Position numbers and translations under genes: made by a program. From an uncultured Alphaproteobacteria bacterium (lineage in GTDB: Bacteria; Pseudomonadota; Alphaproteobacteria; HIMB59; GCA-002718135), in assembly GCA_902623585.1 (NCBI GenBank), contig CACNUO010000004.1, positions 2,479-66,478 of the forward strand: a stretch of DNA of 64,000 nucleotides, written 5' to 3'. Every line of letters begins with the position of its first letter. Positions within the stretch are counted from its first letter, which is position 1. Below the pieces are notes generated by a model that saw nothing but the letters and a program-made list of their open reading frames with translations, ran no database searches and was not told where the DNA came from. This document shows, piece after piece, positions 18,576 through 30,219 of the stretch.

Positions 18576-21203
18576 ATGCAGCTTGATAAATTTTTTGATT
18601 TTTTAAAAGATGAAAAAAATCTTTATTCGCAATGGGAGCAATCAAATTGTTTTAAACCACAAAGAGGAGGTGAACCTTATTCTATAATGATGCCACCACC
18701 TAATGTTACAGGCAGCTTACATATGGGTCATGCTTTAACCTTCACAATTCAAGATATATTAATCAGATACCATAGAATGAAGGGTATGGAAGTATTGTGG
18801 CAAGCAGGGACAGATCATGCAGGAATAGCTACTCAGATGGTGGTTGAAAGAAAATTGAGTGAGTCAAAACTAGATCGACGATCTCTAGGTAGAGAAAAGT
18901 TTATTGAAAAAGTATGGGAATGGAAAAAAGAGTCGGGTGGTCAGATAAGTAATCAATTAAGAAGACTTGGCGCTTCTGCAGATTGGTCAAGAGAAAGATT
19001 TACCATGGATGAAGGACTTTCTAATGCAGTTAAGAAAGTTTTTGTTAATTTATTTAATGATGGAATTATTTACAAAGACAAGAGATTGGTAAATTGGGAC
19101 CCAAAACTTTTAACAGCTATTTCTGATCTAGAAGTAGAGCAAAGAGATACTGAAGGAAGTTTATGGCATATTAAATATCCTATAGATGAAAATAATCATA
19201 TCATTGTTGCAACAACAAGACCTGAGACAATGTTAGGTGATACTGCAGTTGCCGTTCATCCAGATGATGAAAAATATAAAAATCTAATTGGCAAATTTTG
19301 TAACTTACCAATTTCGAATAAAAAAATACCAATTATTGCTGATGAATATGCAGATCCTGAAAAAGGTTCTGGAGCTGTAAAAATTACACCTGCACATGAC
19401 TTTAATGATTTTGAGGTAGGAAAGAGACATGACTTAGAATTTATTAATATTTTTGATGAAAATGCTAAACTGAACTCAAATGTGCCTGAAGAATTTCAAA
19501 ATTTAGATCGATTTGAAGCAAGAAAACTAATTTTAAAAAAATTAGATGAAATGAATTTATTAATTAAAGAAGAAAAACAGCAAATGGTTATACCATATGG
19601 AGATAGATCAGGTGTTGTTATTGAACCATGGCTTACAGACCAATGGTTTTGTGATGCAAAAAAATTATCAGTTGATCCAATATCAGCTGTTAGAGATAAT
19701 AGTTCTAAATTTATTCCCAAACAATGGGAAAATACATTTTATAATTGGATGGAAAATATTCAGCCGTGGTGTATTTCACGACAGTTATGGTGGGGGCATC
19801 AAATTCCTGCATGGTATGGTCCTGATAATAAATATTTTGTTAGTGAAACTTTAAAAGGAGCACAAAATCAAGCAAAAGAATTTTATGGAAAGAATGTTGA
19901 GCTTAGACAAGATGAAGATGTTCTAGATACTTGGTTTTCTTCTGCTCTATGGACATTCTCTACTTTAGATTGGCCAAATAAAACTTATGAATTAGATAAG
20001 TTCTATCCCGGTAATGTTTTGGTTACTGGTTTTGATATCATATTTTTTTGGGTTGCGCGGATGATGATGATGGGTTCTTATTTTATGAAGGAAACTCCAT
20101 TTAAAGATATTTATATTCATCCTTTAATACGTGATGAAAAAGGACAAAAAATGTCTAAATCAAAAGGGAACATAATTGATCCTTTAGAGTTATTAGATAA
20201 ATATGGCGCTGATACATTAAGATTTACACTAACTGCACTATTAAATCCTGGACGAGATGTAAAATTATCTGAAGCTAGAGTTAAAGGATATAAATCATTC
20301 ACGAATAAAATTTGGAATGCTGGAAAATTTTTACAACTGAATAATTCAATTTTTATAGATGATATTTCAATAGATACAATTATTTTTGATGCAAACAAAT
20401 GGATAATAAAAGAATTGAGTGATTTGAACACTCAACTTGATCAATTAACTAAAAAGTATTTGTTTCATGAAATGGCCAATAAAATTTATCATTTTGTATG
20501 GCATACTTATTGTGATTGGTACATTGAAATTATTAAACATAATTTTGAAAATGAAAAATTTGCTGATGAAATTAAAAAAGTTTCTGGATGGACATTTATT
20601 CAAGTTTTAAAGATCATACATCCCATTATGCCTTTTATAAGTGAAAAATTATGGAGATCTTTAGTTGATGATAAATCATATTTAATGAACCAAGTTTTTC
20701 AAAATTATTCAATAAATAATTCTTTTAATAATTCTAAAAAAAACTTCGAAATATTTATTGAATTCATAACATCTATAAGAAATTTGAGATCAGAACTAAA
20801 TATACCCTATAAACAATTAATCAATATCTCAATAGAAGTAAAAAATGAAGAACTTAATAATTTTCTAATTGCATATAAAAATGAAATAAGTAATTTTTTA
20901 AAAACTAAAGATATTAGTTTTGATAAAATACAACCTAATAAGAATTCAGCTTTAATTGTATTAACATCATTATCAGTTTTAATCCCTTTAGATGGCATTA
21001 TTGACTCAGAAGCTGAATTAAAAAAATTAAATAAGAAAAAGCAAGTTGAGCAAAAAAAATTTAATAAAGTAAATGAAAAATTAAAAAATGATAACTTTAT
21101 GAATAAAGCTTCAGAAGAAATTATTAATAAATTTAAAAATGAGGCAAATATTTATAAATCTTCTATTGAAAAAATTGATCAAATAATAAATACTATTAAA
21201 TAG
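18576..21203 (+). CDS. valS: Valine--tRNA ligase
   Basis: [31 protein letters not shown]-terminal coiled coil. Confidence 0.97.
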   Translation: MQLDKFFDFLKDEKNLYSQWEQSNCFKPQRGGEPYSIMMPPPNVTGSLHMGHALTFTIQDILIRYHRMKGMEVLWQAGTDHAGIATQMVVERKLSESKLDRRSLGREKFIEKVWEWKKESGGQISNQLRRLGASADWSRERFTMDEGLSNAVKKVFVNLFNDGIIYKDKRLVNWDPKLLTAISDLEVEQRDTEGSLWHIKYPIDENNHIIVATTRPETMLGDTAVAVHPDDEKYKNLIGKFCNLPISNKKIPIIADEYADPEKGSGAVKITPAHDFNDFEVGKRHDLEFINIFDENAKLNSNVPEEFQNLDRFEARKLILKKLDEMNLLIKEEKQQMVIPYGDRSGVVIEPWLTDQWFCDAKKLSVDPISAVRDNSSKFIPKQWENTFYNWMENIQPWCISRQLWWGHQIPAWYGPDNKYFVSETLKGAQNQAKEFYGKNVELRQDEDVLDTWFSSALWTFSTLDWPNKTYELDKFYPGNVLVTGFDIIFFWVARMMMMGSYFMKETPFKDIYIHPLIRDEKGQKMSKSKGNIIDPLELLDKYGADTLRFTLTALLNPGRDVKLSEARVKGYKSFTNKIWNAGKFLQLNNSIFIDDISIDTIIFDANKWIIKELSDLNTQLDQLTKKYLFHEMANKIYHFVWHTYCDWYIEIIKHNFENEKFADEIKKVSGWTFIQVLKIIHPIMPFISEKLWRSLVDDKSYLMNQVFQNYSINNSFNNSKKNFEIFIEFITSIRNLRSELNIPYKQLINISIEVKNEELNNFLIAYKNEISNFLKTKDISFDKIQPNKNSALIVLTSLSVLIPLDGIIDSEAELKKLNKKKQVEQKKFNKVNEKLKNDNFMNKASEEIINKFKNEANIYKSSIEKIDQIINTIK

Positions 21204-21204
21204 A

Positions 21205-22935
21205 ATGGAAGATAAGGGTTCAAATAGAAAATCTAATCTACCTAGTAGATATGTTAGTGTAGGGCCTAAAAGTGCGCCTCATAGATCTTATTATTATGCT
21301 ATGGGTTTGAAAGAACATGAAATTTATCAACCATTTGTTGGTGTTGTTAGCACCTGGAATGAATCAGCTCCTTGCAACATTACTCTTCAGGATCAAGCGC
21401 AACATGTGAAGACAGGTGTCAAAGATGCTGGAGGAACACCAAGAGAATTTACAACTATAACAGTAACAGATGGAATTGCCATGGGCCATGAGGCAATGAA
21501 ATCCTCTCTTATTAGTAGAGAAGTTATTGCAGATTCCATTGAATTATCTGTGAGAGGTCACTGTTATGATGCAATTGTTGGACTTGCTGGTTGTGATAAA
21601 TCTTTGCCAGGTTTAATGATGGCTATGGTTAGATTAAATGTACCATCTGTATTCATTTATGGGGGGTCAATTTTACCAGGAAAATACAAGGGTAAAGATG
21701 TTACTGTTATTGATGTTTTTGAAGCAGTTGGAAAACATGCTGCTGGAACTATCTCAGATCAAGATTTAAAAGATATTGAACAAGTTGCTTGTCCATCTGC
21801 TGGATCGTGTGGAGGTCAGTTTACAGCAAATACAATGGCATGTATTTCTGAAGCAGTTGGTTTAGCTCTAACAAATTCAGCTATGCCACCAGCAGTAAAT
21901 ACTGAAGAAAGAAAAGCTTATGGTGAAAAGAGTGGTAAAGCTATAATGAATTTATTAGAAAAGAATATAAGACCAAGGGATATAGTAACTATTGATTCAT
22001 TAGTAAATGCTGCAAGAGTAGTCGCAGCTACTGGAGGCTCAACTAATGCAGCACTCCATCTTCCTGCGATAGCTAATGAAGCGGGTTTAAAATTTACATT
22101 AAGAGATGTTGTGGAAATTTATAATTCGACTCCTTATATCGGAGATATGCAACCTGGTGGAAAGTATGTTGCTAAAGATTTATATGATGTAGGAGGTGTG
22201 CCAGTTGTTATAAAATCTTTATTAGATGGCGGTTATATAAACGGTGACTGCATAACTGTTACTGGAAAAACAATAGCTGAAAATCATAAAGAAGTAATAT
22301 TTCCTACAAATCAAGATGTTGTTTATAAATGTGATAATCCAATTAGTGAAAATAGTTCAGTCGTAGGGTTGTGGGGTAATCTTGCTCCAGATGGATGTAT
22401 ATCAAAAATAGCAGGTTTAAAAAATTTAACTTTTAAAGGAAAAGCTAAATGTTTTGACTCAGAAGAAGATGCTTTAACCGCTGTTTTAAAAAATGAAATT
22501 AAAGCCGGAGATGCGGTAATAATTAGATATGAAGGTCCTAAAGGAGGACCTGGTATGCGTGAAATGCTTTCAACAACAGGCGCAATATATGGGCAAGGGT
22601 TAGGTGAAACTGTTGCTTTAATTACAGACGGGCGGTTTTCAGGCGGCACAAGAGGATTTTGTATTGGTCATGTAGGACCAGAAGCAGCTGTAGGAGGTAT
22701 GATAGGCTTACTTAAAGATGGGGATGAGATTATTATCGATGCTGTTAAAGGCGAAATCAACGTTACACTTTCAGATCAAGAAATAGAAAAGAGAAAAAAA
22801 GATTGGAAGCCAAGAAAAACTAATCATAATTCTGGATCTATATGGAAATATTCTCAAACTGTTGGGCCAGCTTACGAGGGTGCTGTTACTCAACCAGGAG
22901 CAAAAGACGAAACGCATACATACGCTGATATTTAA
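21205..22935 (+). CDS. ilvD: Dihydroxy-acid dehydratase
   Basis: [48 protein letters not shown]. Confidence 0.95.
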   Translation: MEDKGSNRKSNLPSRYVSVGPKSAPHRSYYYAMGLKEHEIYQPFVGVVSTWNESAPCNITLQDQAQHVKTGVKDAGGTPREFTTITVTDGIAMGHEAMKSSLISREVIADSIELSVRGHCYDAIVGLAGCDKSLPGLMMAMVRLNVPSVFIYGGSILPGKYKGKDVTVIDVFEAVGKHAAGTISDQDLKDIEQVACPSAGSCGGQFTANTMACISEAVGLALTNSAMPPAVNTEERKAYGEKSGKAIMNLLEKNIRPRDIVTIDSLVNAARVVAATGGSTNAALHLPAIANEAGLKFTLRDVVEIYNSTPYIGDMQPGGKYVAKDLYDVGGVPVVIKSLLDGGYINGDCITVTGKTIAENHKEVIFPTNQDVVYKCDNPISENSSVVGLWGNLAPDGCISKIAGLKNLTFKGKAKCFDSEEDALTAVLKNEIKAGDAVIIRYEGPKGGPGMREMLSTTGAIYGQGLGETVALITDGRFSGGTRGFCIGHVGPEAAVGGMIGLLKDGDEIIIDAVKGEINVTLSDQEIEKRKKDWKPRKTNHNSGSIWKYSQTVGPAYEGAVTQPGAKDETHTYADI

Positions 22936-22937
22936 AA

Positions 22938-23723
22938 TTAATTAACTAATTCAATTGTAACTGGTGTGTGATCAGAAGCCTTTTCCCATCCTCTTGGTTC
23001 ACGATTAACATTAACTGATTTAATCAAATCAGTTACTTCTGGTGTAGTAAGAAAATGATCAATTCGTAGACCATTGCCTTTTTGCCAATTTCCACCTCTG
23101 TAACCCCAAAAGGTCCAGTTTGTATTTCCATCAACAAAGTATTTAACTGTATCAACAAAACCTAAATTTAAAAGATTTCTAAATTTTTCTCTTGTTAATG
23201 GATGGGCACAAGCATCATTTTTAAAATTTTCTGGTGAATACACATCTTCATCATTAGGTATTACATTAAAATCTCCACCTATAATTATTGGTTGATTATT
23301 ATCAATTAATTCTTTGATATATTTATTAAAATTTATCATCCAATCAATTTTGTAATCAAATTTTTCTGTTTCAATTGGATTTCCATTTGGAAGATAAATA
23401 TTTATTAATTTAATTTTATTTTTTATATTTTTTAAGGATATTTCTGTTTCAATAAATCTGGAATTTACATCTTGGTAATTAGGGATTTTTAAGTTTGAAA
23501 TTTCAATACTTTCTTTGCTGAGTATGGCTACCCCATTCCAAGCTTTTTGCCCATTTACATAACATTTATAATTAATATTTTCTAATTCCTCTTTAGGAAA
23601 GCTTTCATTTGTGCATTTTAATTCTTGAATTAAATATATATCTGATTGATCTTTTTTTATAAATTTTATTAAATGCTCTATTCTTGCATTAACTGAATTT
23701 ACATTCCATGTAGTAATTTTCAT
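22938..23723 (-). CDS. xth: Exodeoxyribonuclease III
   Basis: TWNVNS, IQELK, YLPNGN, GGDFN, LRIDH, ASDHTP. Confidence 0.94.
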   Translation of the reverse strand: MKITTWNVNSVNARIEHLIKFIKKDQSDIYLIQELKCTNESFPKEELENINYKCYVNGQKAWNGVAILSKESIEISNLKIPNYQDVNSRFIETEISLKNIKNKIKLINIYLPNGNPIETEKFDYKIDWMINFNKYIKELIDNNQPIIIGGDFNVIPNDEDVYSPENFKNDACAHPLTREKFRNLLNLGFVDTVKYFVDGNTNWTFWGYRGGNWQKGNGLRIDHFLTTPEVTDLIKSVNVNREPRGWEKASDHTPVTIELVN

Positions 23724-24050
23724 TTATATTGAAAAAGAAGTACCACATCCACATGATGAAGATGCTAGTGGATTAGAAATTTTAAATGACGATCCAATCA
23801 ATTCATTAACATAATCAATTTTCGATCCTTTTATTAATTCAATTGAAGTTTTATCTATCAATACATCAGCATTTTTATAATTAAAGATTAAATCATCGTC
23901 ATTTGGTTTATCAGAAAAATCAAATTTATATTGAAATCCAGCACAACCACCACCTAATACGGTAATTCTGAAATATTTAGATTTTTCAGATAGAAGTATC
24001 TTGTTGATATGATTCTGAGCACTTTCTGTTACTTCAATTATATTGTCCAT
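23724..24050 (-). CDS. erpA: A-type Fe-S carrier (ErpA/IscA/HesB family)
   Basis: GGGCAGFQY and SCGCGTSF; position next to xth and dgt. Confidence 0.85.
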   Translation of the reverse strand: MDNIIEVTESAQNHINKILLSEKSKYFRITVLGGGCAGFQYKFDFSDKPNDDDLIFNYKNADVLIDKTSIELIKGSKIDYVNELIGSSFKISNPLASSSCGCGTSFSI

Positions 24051-24104
24051 TTATCTAAATATTGTTATTAGTTATTTTTTTACAACTATAATATAAATTT
24101 TCTT

Positions 24105-25223
24105 ATGTTCAAACATTTAGCTTCCAATCCAGATAATTCAAATGGAAGATTATATAATGAGCTAGATGATGATTTGAGAAATCCATTTGAAAGAGATAGA
24201 GCTAGAGTTATTCACTCTAATTCTTTTAGAAAATTAAAACACAAAACCCAAGTTTTTATTGAAAGTGAGAGTGATTATTTTAGGACTAGACTAACTCATT
24301 CTTTGGAAGTTGCTCAAATATCAAGATCAATTTGTAGATTACTTGAATTAGATGAAGATCTAGGTGAAACAGTTGCTCTTGCACATGATTTAGGTCATCC
24401 TCCTTTTGGTCACATTGGCGAAGATGCACTTGATTATTCAATGAAAAAGTTTGGAGGTTTTAATCATAATGATCAAACCTTGAGAGTTTTAACATTTATA
24501 GAAAAAAGACACCCTGATTTTGATGGATTAAATCTAACATGGGAGAGCTTAGAGGGAATAATAAAACATAATGGAATTTTGAGTGATCATTTACCTTATC
24601 ACTTAGATAATTATTCAAAATTACAAAATCTCAATCTAACTGATCAACCTTATTTAGAATCACAGATAGCAAGTATATCTGATGATATTGCTTATAATAA
24701 TCACGATGTAGAGGATGCTATTAGAGCAAACTTAATATCATTAGATGATATTGCAGAGTTAAGTTTTTTTGAAAAAATTATAATTGATTTAAGAGATCAC
24801 TATAAAGATATTCCAAATAAACTTCTCGTGTATCAAGTTTTAAGAAATTCCATATCTAATATGATAAATGATATATATGAGACTACAAAAAAAAATTTAA
24901 TTGAAAATAATATTAATTCTATTGATGAAATACGTAAAAAAAATAATTTCGTTGTTTCATTTTCAAATGAAATGAAGAAAAATTGTGACATAATTAAAAA
25001 ATTTTTATTTGATAAAGTTTATAATCACAGTCATTTATCAGATAAGAGACAGTATTCAAAAAAGGTTATATCTACTTTGTTTACTTATTTCGTAAAAAAT
25101 AATAATAAACTACCTATAGATTGGAGAAATCAAAATATTGAAATTGAAAGATTAATTTGTGATTATATTTCAGGAATGACTGATAGATTTGCTCTTAATT
25201 TATATAAGGAGATTAGTGAATAA
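24105..25223 (+). CDS. dgt: dGTP triphosphohydrolase (HD family)
   Basis: FRKLKHKTQVF, RTRLTHSLEVAQ, LAHDLGHPPFGH, DYISGMTDRFA. Confidence 0.93.
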   Translation: MFKHLASNPDNSNGRLYNELDDDLRNPFERDRARVIHSNSFRKLKHKTQVFIESESDYFRTRLTHSLEVAQISRSICRLLELDEDLGETVALAHDLGHPPFGHIGEDALDYSMKKFGGFNHNDQTLRVLTFIEKRHPDFDGLNLTWESLEGIIKHNGILSDHLPYHLDNYSKLQNLNLTDQPYLESQIASISDDIAYNNHDVEDAIRANLISLDDIAELSFFEKIIIDLRDHYKDIPNKLLVYQVLRNSISNMINDIYETTKKNLIENNINSIDEIRKKNNFVVSFSNEMKKNCDIIKKFLFDKVYNHSHLSDKRQYSKKVISTLFTYFVKNNNKLPIDWRNQNIEIERLICDYISGMTDRFALNLYKEISE

Positions 25224-26946
25224 TTTTATAAAAGACCTTTCAGATTTTTTATTTGATTTTACAGATTTTTTAGAGAGTAACGAATTTATATCTCCAATCA
25301 ATAAAAAACAGATTAGCATCGATTACTCTTCAAATAATAAACAAGGTGATTTAGCCACAAATTTTTATTTAATTGTTAAAAGAAAAATTATTAATCAAAA
25401 TTTAAATATTGAAAAAGAACTAAATGATAGAATTGAATCAATTGAATTTATCGATCATTTTGTGGTTTCAAAAAATGGTTTTATAAATTTTTTTCTCAAA
25501 GATAAGTTTGTATTAAGAAGTTTAAATGAAATTTATAGTAAAAATTTTTTAGATTATATTAATTATGGTGCAGGTAAAAAAATAAATGTTGAATTTGTTT
25601 CCGCTAATCCAACCGGACCATTACATATAGCCCATATAAGAGGGGCTGTATTCGGAGATGTATTAAGCTCTCTTTATACTAAAACAGGTTTTGATGTTAC
25701 TAGAGAGTATTACGTAAATGATGCGGGTTCTCAAATTCATAAATTATCAAACTCTCTTTTGAAAAGATATTTACAATTATTTGATAAAAAAATTGAATTA
25801 GAAGAAGATGAGTATCCTGGTGAATACCTAAAAGATATTGCAAAAAAAATTAAAAATGAAGATGGTGATAAGTGGTTAAACTTTCAGCAAGAAGAAACTA
25901 TTCAATATTTTAAAAATTTTGCGTTAAAAAATATACTTTTAAGCATAAAATCAGATTTAGAATTAATAAATATAAGATTTGATAAATTTACTCATGAGAG
26001 TGAAATAGAAAAAAGTAAAATTATTGACGAACTTTTTTCAATTTTAGATGAAAAAAAATTACTATATGAAGGTATTTTAGAGAAACCAAAGGGTGATGAT
26101 TCTGATTGGGAGCCAAGAGAGCAACTATTATTTAGATCCTCTAAATTATTAGACAATGAAGATCGAGCATTAAAAAAATCAAATGGTGAATGGACTTATT
26201 TTGCTAATGATGCAGCATATCATTTAGATAAATGTAAAAGAAATTTCGATAGATTAGTAAATATTTGGGGGTCTGATCATATTGGCTATATTCCAAGAAT
26301 GAATTCGTTGATTAAAGCTATTAAAGATGATGAAACTTATTTAAACATTTTAACTTGTCAGATTGTAAGTTTAATTCAAAATAAACAAAAAATTAAAATG
26401 TCAAAAAGATCTGGAAATTTTGTGACATTAGCTAATGTTCATTCTAAGGTTGGAAAAGATCCTATAAGGTACTACATGATTTCTACTAAAAATGAGACAG
26501 CAATTGACTTTGATTTAGATGCTGTTGTTGAAAAAAATAAAGATAACAAAGTTTTTTATTGTCAATACGCACATGCTAGAGCTTCATCAGTAATTAATAA
26601 AGCAAACGAATTAGGTATAAAAATTAAAAAAGATTATAATTTTACTGAAATACAAAATCTATCTGATGAGGAGGTAAAATTAATCAAAAAGTTAATTTGT
26701 TATCCTTATTTATTGTATCAATCATCATATTATAATGAACCACATAGACTAATCAATTACTTAGAAGAAATATCCTCTGATTTCCATTCAATTTGGAATA
26801 AAGGTAAAGATAATGAATCACTTCGTTTTATAGATGAAAAAAATATAGAAAAGACAATTTCAAAAATATTTTGGTTGGAGTCATTTAGAGTTGTTTTAAA
26901 AGATATTTTTTCAATTATTGATATAAGCGCACCTGAAACAATGTAA
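25216..26946 (+). CDS. argS: Arginine--tRNA ligase
   Basis: EFVSANPTGPLHIAH, WGSDHIGY, MSKRSG, QYAHAR, C-terminal APETM. Likely GTG start at 25216 behind AAGGAG. Confidence 0.95.
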   Translation: MNNFIKDLSDFLFDFTDFLESNEFISPINKKQISIDYSSNNKQGDLATNFYLIVKRKIINQNLNIEKELNDRIESIEFIDHFVVSKNGFINFFLKDKFVLRSLNEIYSKNFLDYINYGAGKKINVEFVSANPTGPLHIAHIRGAVFGDVLSSLYTKTGFDVTREYYVNDAGSQIHKLSNSLLKRYLQLFDKKIELEEDEYPGEYLKDIAKKIKNEDGDKWLNFQQEETIQYFKNFALKNILLSIKSDLELINIRFDKFTHESEIEKSKIIDELFSILDEKKLLYEGILEKPKGDDSDWEPREQLLFRSSKLLDNEDRALKKSNGEWTYFANDAAYHLDKCKRNFDRLVNIWGSDHIGYIPRMNSLIKAIKDDETYLNILTCQIVSLIQNKQKIKMSKRSGNFVTLANVHSKVGKDPIRYYMISTKNETAIDFDLDAVVEKNKDNKVFYCQYAHARASSVINKANELGIKIKKDYNFTEIQNLSDEEVKLIKKLICYPYLLYQSSYYNEPHRLINYLEEISSDFHSIWNKGKDNESLRFIDEKNIEKTISKIFWLESFRVVLKDIFSIIDISAPETM

Positions 26947-27458
26947 TGATTAAAAGAATTATTTTTAAAAGAAAAAATAATCACATTTTAAAATATTCTT
27001 TATTATTATTGCTATTTATTATTATTCTTTATCTTATCTCATTTTATTATTTTAGTAATAGGGAGTATTTTGTTATTCCTAAATTTACTGATAAATATTT
27101 TGTTATTCCTACTAATAAAGAAGGTGAGGTTGTTGATTATTTAGACAAGAAAAGTTTAAATAAAATAGATAATGAAATTCAAGATTTTGATTTTAAAAAT
27201 ATAGACGAACTTGATTTTACAATTCAATTATATAGCAATGATAATTTTGAAGATATTAATAAATACTTGTATAGTTTATTAGAAAATAAAAAAGAAATTA
27301 TAGATCATGAAGATATTTTTGTTTTTTATAAAAAAACTGAAATAGGTACTCAATATTTTATTACCTATAAAAATTACATCTCTAAGAATAACGCTTCTGA
27401 AGCTTGCGATTTATTAACTATTGTTAAAAGTTGCATAATACTTAATTTACAAAATTAA
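26946..27458 (+). CDS. Membrane-anchored protein, probable degenerate SPOR-domain protein
   Basis: N-terminal TM helix; C-terminal FTIQLYS...ASEACDLL...SCIIL resembles alphaproteobacterial SPOR domains; argS-downstream position. Confidence 0.5.
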   Translation: MIKRIIFKRKNNHILKYSLLLLLFIIILYLISFYYFSNREYFVIPKFTDKYFVIPTNKEGEVVDYLDKKSLNKIDNEIQDFDFKNIDELDFTIQLYSNDNFEDINKYLYSLLENKKEIIDHEDIFVFYKKTEIGTQYFITYKNYISKNNASEACDLLTIVKSCIILNLQN

Positions 27459-27497
27459 TAATATTGAGAGAATCTCAATAATTTTATATAAAAAATT

Positions 27498-28265
27498 GTG
27501 TTAAATGTTCCAGATACAGAAACAAAAGAAGGTCAATTTAACCTATTATTAGACAATTTTGAGGGTCCTATAGATCTTTTGTTGGTTTTGGCTAGATCAC
27601 AGAAGGTTGATTTATCTGATATATCTATATCCGAGTTAGCTGATCAATATATTAATTTTATTAATCAATATAGAAATATTCATATTGAAATAGCTGCTGA
27701 TTATTTAGTGATGGCAGCATGGCTAACGTATTTGAAATCAAGATTACTATTACCTAAAGAAGAAAAAACAGATGAATACACAGCCGATGAGTTAGAAGAA
27801 GCCTTAAAATATCAATTACAGAGACTAGAGGCTTTTCAAAATATTTCTAAAATCATATATTCAAGACCTCTTGTTAATAGAGATGTATTTTATGGGGGGT
27901 CATCTGAAGGGCTCAAAGTTAAATATAATATAAATTATTCATCTAATTTATATGACTTACTAAAATCATATAGTCAAATACTTAAATCGAATGAACAGGT
28001 AAAACAATTAACTATTGAGTATTCAGAACTTTATTCAGTTGATCAAGCAGTTAAAAGATTAAAAGGTATTTTTGGAAATATTACAGAATGGACTAATTTT
28101 TTAAATGTAATTCCAAATTTAATTAAAGCTAATAAAACAATTAATAAATCCATTATCTCATCTAATTTTGTTGCTTCTTTAGAATTATCAAAAAATGGCT
28201 TTATTGATTTAAAACAAGATGAAAGTTTTGGGAATATTTATTTAAAATTTAATCAAAATGGATAA
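27498..28265 (+). CDS. scpA: Segregation and condensation protein A
   Basis: FEGPIDLLL, AADYLVMAAWL, KSRLLLP, FVASLELSK. Confidence 0.93.
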   Translation: MLNVPDTETKEGQFNLLLDNFEGPIDLLLVLARSQKVDLSDISISELADQYINFINQYRNIHIEIAADYLVMAAWLTYLKSRLLLPKEEKTDEYTADELEEALKYQLQRLEAFQNISKIIYSRPLVNRDVFYGGSSEGLKVKYNINYSSNLYDLLKSYSQILKSNEQVKQLTIEYSELYSVDQAVKRLKGIFGNITEWTNFLNVIPNLIKANKTINKSIISSNFVASLELSKNGFIDLKQDESFGNIYLKFNQNG

Positions 28266-28893
28266 TAAAGATATTAAAATTTTAGAAGCAATATTATTTG
28301 CATCAGGAGAGCCACTTGATGAAAATGATTTAAAAGAAAAAATTAAAGATAAAAATAATATAAGTAAGCTATTACTAGAAATTAAAGATTTTTATAAAAA
28401 TAGAGGTATTAATTTAATCAAAACTGGCAATAAATGGTCTTTTAGAACTGCTGAAGATCTCAGTGATGAATTAACTATTTTTAAAACACAGAAAAGAAAA
28501 TTATCAAGAGCAGCATTAGAAACATTATCTATAATTGCTTACCAACAACCAATAACAAGATCAGAAATTGAAAATATTAGAGGTGTTCAAATGGGTAGAG
28601 GCTCTCTAGATCATTTGATGGAAATAGGATGGATACGTCCTTCAGGTAGAAAAAGTATACCTGGTAAACCTACTTTATGGTCTACCACAGATTTGTTTGT
28701 TGAACATTTTGGATTGAATAGTTTATCCGATTTACCCAATAAAGACGAGCTAAAGGCAAGTGGTTTTCTAGATAAACGTGCTGCGATTGCAACTATAAGT
28801 GATCTTGCTAAAAATGATGAAAATTTACAAAGTAATGATAATTTAGAACAGGATGATGAAAATAATATTGATGATTTTATTCAAAATACTTAG
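28258..28893 (+). CDS. scpB: Segregation and condensation protein B
   Basis: LEAILFASGEP, LSRAALETLSIIAYQQPITR, IRGV, FGLNSLSDLP. Confidence 0.94.
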   Translation: MDNKDIKILEAILFASGEPLDENDLKEKIKDKNNISKLLLEIKDFYKNRGINLIKTGNKWSFRTAEDLSDELTIFKTQKRKLSRAALETLSIIAYQQPITRSEIENIRGVQMGRGSLDHLMEIGWIRPSGRKSIPGKPTLWSTTDLFVEHFGLNSLSDLPNKDELKASGFLDKRAAIATISDLAKNDENLQSNDNLEQDDENNIDDFIQNT

Positions 28894-28942
28894 TTAACTT
28901 ATTACTTCTTGTTTTTTCCTATAGTTTCCGTATAAGCCCCTT

Positions 28943-29128
28943 ATGACACCTAGTATTTGGCAATTATTAATTGTACTCGTTATTGTTCTACTTCTTTTCG
29001 GTAGAGGTAAAATACCTCAACTTATGGGTGATATGGCAAAAGGAATTAAATCATTCAAGAGAGGAATGTCTGACGAAGAAAAAAAAGAAGATAAAAATTT
29101 AGAGAATAAAAACGACGAAGAAAAGTAA
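28943..29128 (+). CDS. tatA: Twin-arginine translocase TatA
   Basis: [19 protein letters not shown]...KGIKSFK. Confidence 0.94.
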   Translation: MTPSIWQLLIVLVIVLLLFGRGKIPQLMGDMAKGIKSFKRGMSDEEKKEDKNLENKNDEEK

Positions 29129-29133
29129 ATATA

Positions 29134-29448
29134 ATGTTTACTTTTGGTTGGAGTGAAATTTTCTTAATTGGAATAATAGTCGTTGTTGTTATTGGCCCAA
29201 AAGATCTTCCAAAATTCATTAAACAAGTTGGATCTTTTACTAAATACATTAAAAAAATGTCTTCTGAATTTAAGTCATCTATAAATGAAATAGCTGAGGA
29301 GGAAGAAATTAAAGAATTAGCTAAATCAGTCAAAGAGGTAAAAAAAATAAAAGACGGCATTAATATCAAAAAAAATTTTGAAAACGAGATTAAAGAAGTT
29401 CAAGAAACAGTGAAAATGACCGAGAATGAATTTTCAAAAAAAAATTAA
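29134..29448 (+). CDS. tatB: Twin-arginine translocase TatB
   Basis: MFTFGWSE...VVIGPKDLP. Confidence 0.92.
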   Translation: MFTFGWSEIFLIGIIVVVVIGPKDLPKFIKQVGSFTKYIKKMSSEFKSSINEIAEEEEIKELAKSVKEVKKIKDGINIKKNFENEIKEVQETVKMTENEFSKKN

Positions 29449-29463
29449 TTTATTATTTTTGTA

Positions 29464-30219
29464 ATGGCTGAAGAAAAATTTGAAGAAATGTCTCTAATAG
29501 GGCATATCACCGAGTTACGAAAAAGACTACTATGGAGTTTTTTATATATTTTGTTAATCTTTATTGTTTGTTTTTACTTTGCAGATGAATTATTTGCCTT
29601 TTTAGCCAATCCTCTAGTAGAACTATTTGATAAAGATAAAGGTCAAGGTTTTATTTATACAGCTTTACAAGAAGCTTTTTTTACAGAATTAAAAATAGCT
29701 TTTTTCTTTGCTTTATTTTTTTCATTCCCATTAATTGCAATACAAATATGGAGATTTATTGCACCAGGATTATACAAAAAGGAAAAGAGAGCTTTTTTAC
29801 CCTATTTAGTTGCGACACCAATTTTATTTTTCGCAGGTGGATCAATGGTTTATTATATTATTGCGCCATTGGCATGGTCTTTTTTCCTATCTTATCAAAA
29901 CCTTGGTTCTAGTGGAGTTCCTATTCGATTAGAAGCTAAGATGGGAGAATATTTATCCCTTATGATGCGATTTATTTTTGCTTTTGGTTTAGCATTTCAG
30001 CTTCCTGTTGTTTTGTCTTTAATGGCAAGAGTAGGGATGGTTACTTATGAATCACTTAAAAAATTTAGAAAATATGCAATTGTACTAGCATTTTTATCGG
30101 CAGCATTCTTAACTCCACCTGATCCATTTAGTCAAATAAGTTTAGCTCTGCCAATTATATTTTTATACGAAGTTTCAATTTATATTGCAAAACTAATACA
30201 AAAAAATAAAGATAAGTAA
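29464..30219 (+). CDS. tatC: Twin-arginine translocase TatC
   Basis: HITELRKRL, FIAPGLYKKE, AFQLP, TPPDPFSQ. Confidence 0.95.
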   Translation: MAEEKFEEMSLIGHITELRKRLLWSFLYILLIFIVCFYFADELFAFLANPLVELFDKDKGQGFIYTALQEAFFTELKIAFFFALFFSFPLIAIQIWRFIAPGLYKKEKRAFLPYLVATPILFFAGGSMVYYIIAPLAWSFFLSYQNLGSSGVPIRLEAKMGEYLSLMMRFIFAFGLAFQLPVVLSLMARVGMVTYESLKKFRKYAIVLAFLSAAFLTPPDPFSQISLALPIIFLYEVSIYIAKLIQKNKDK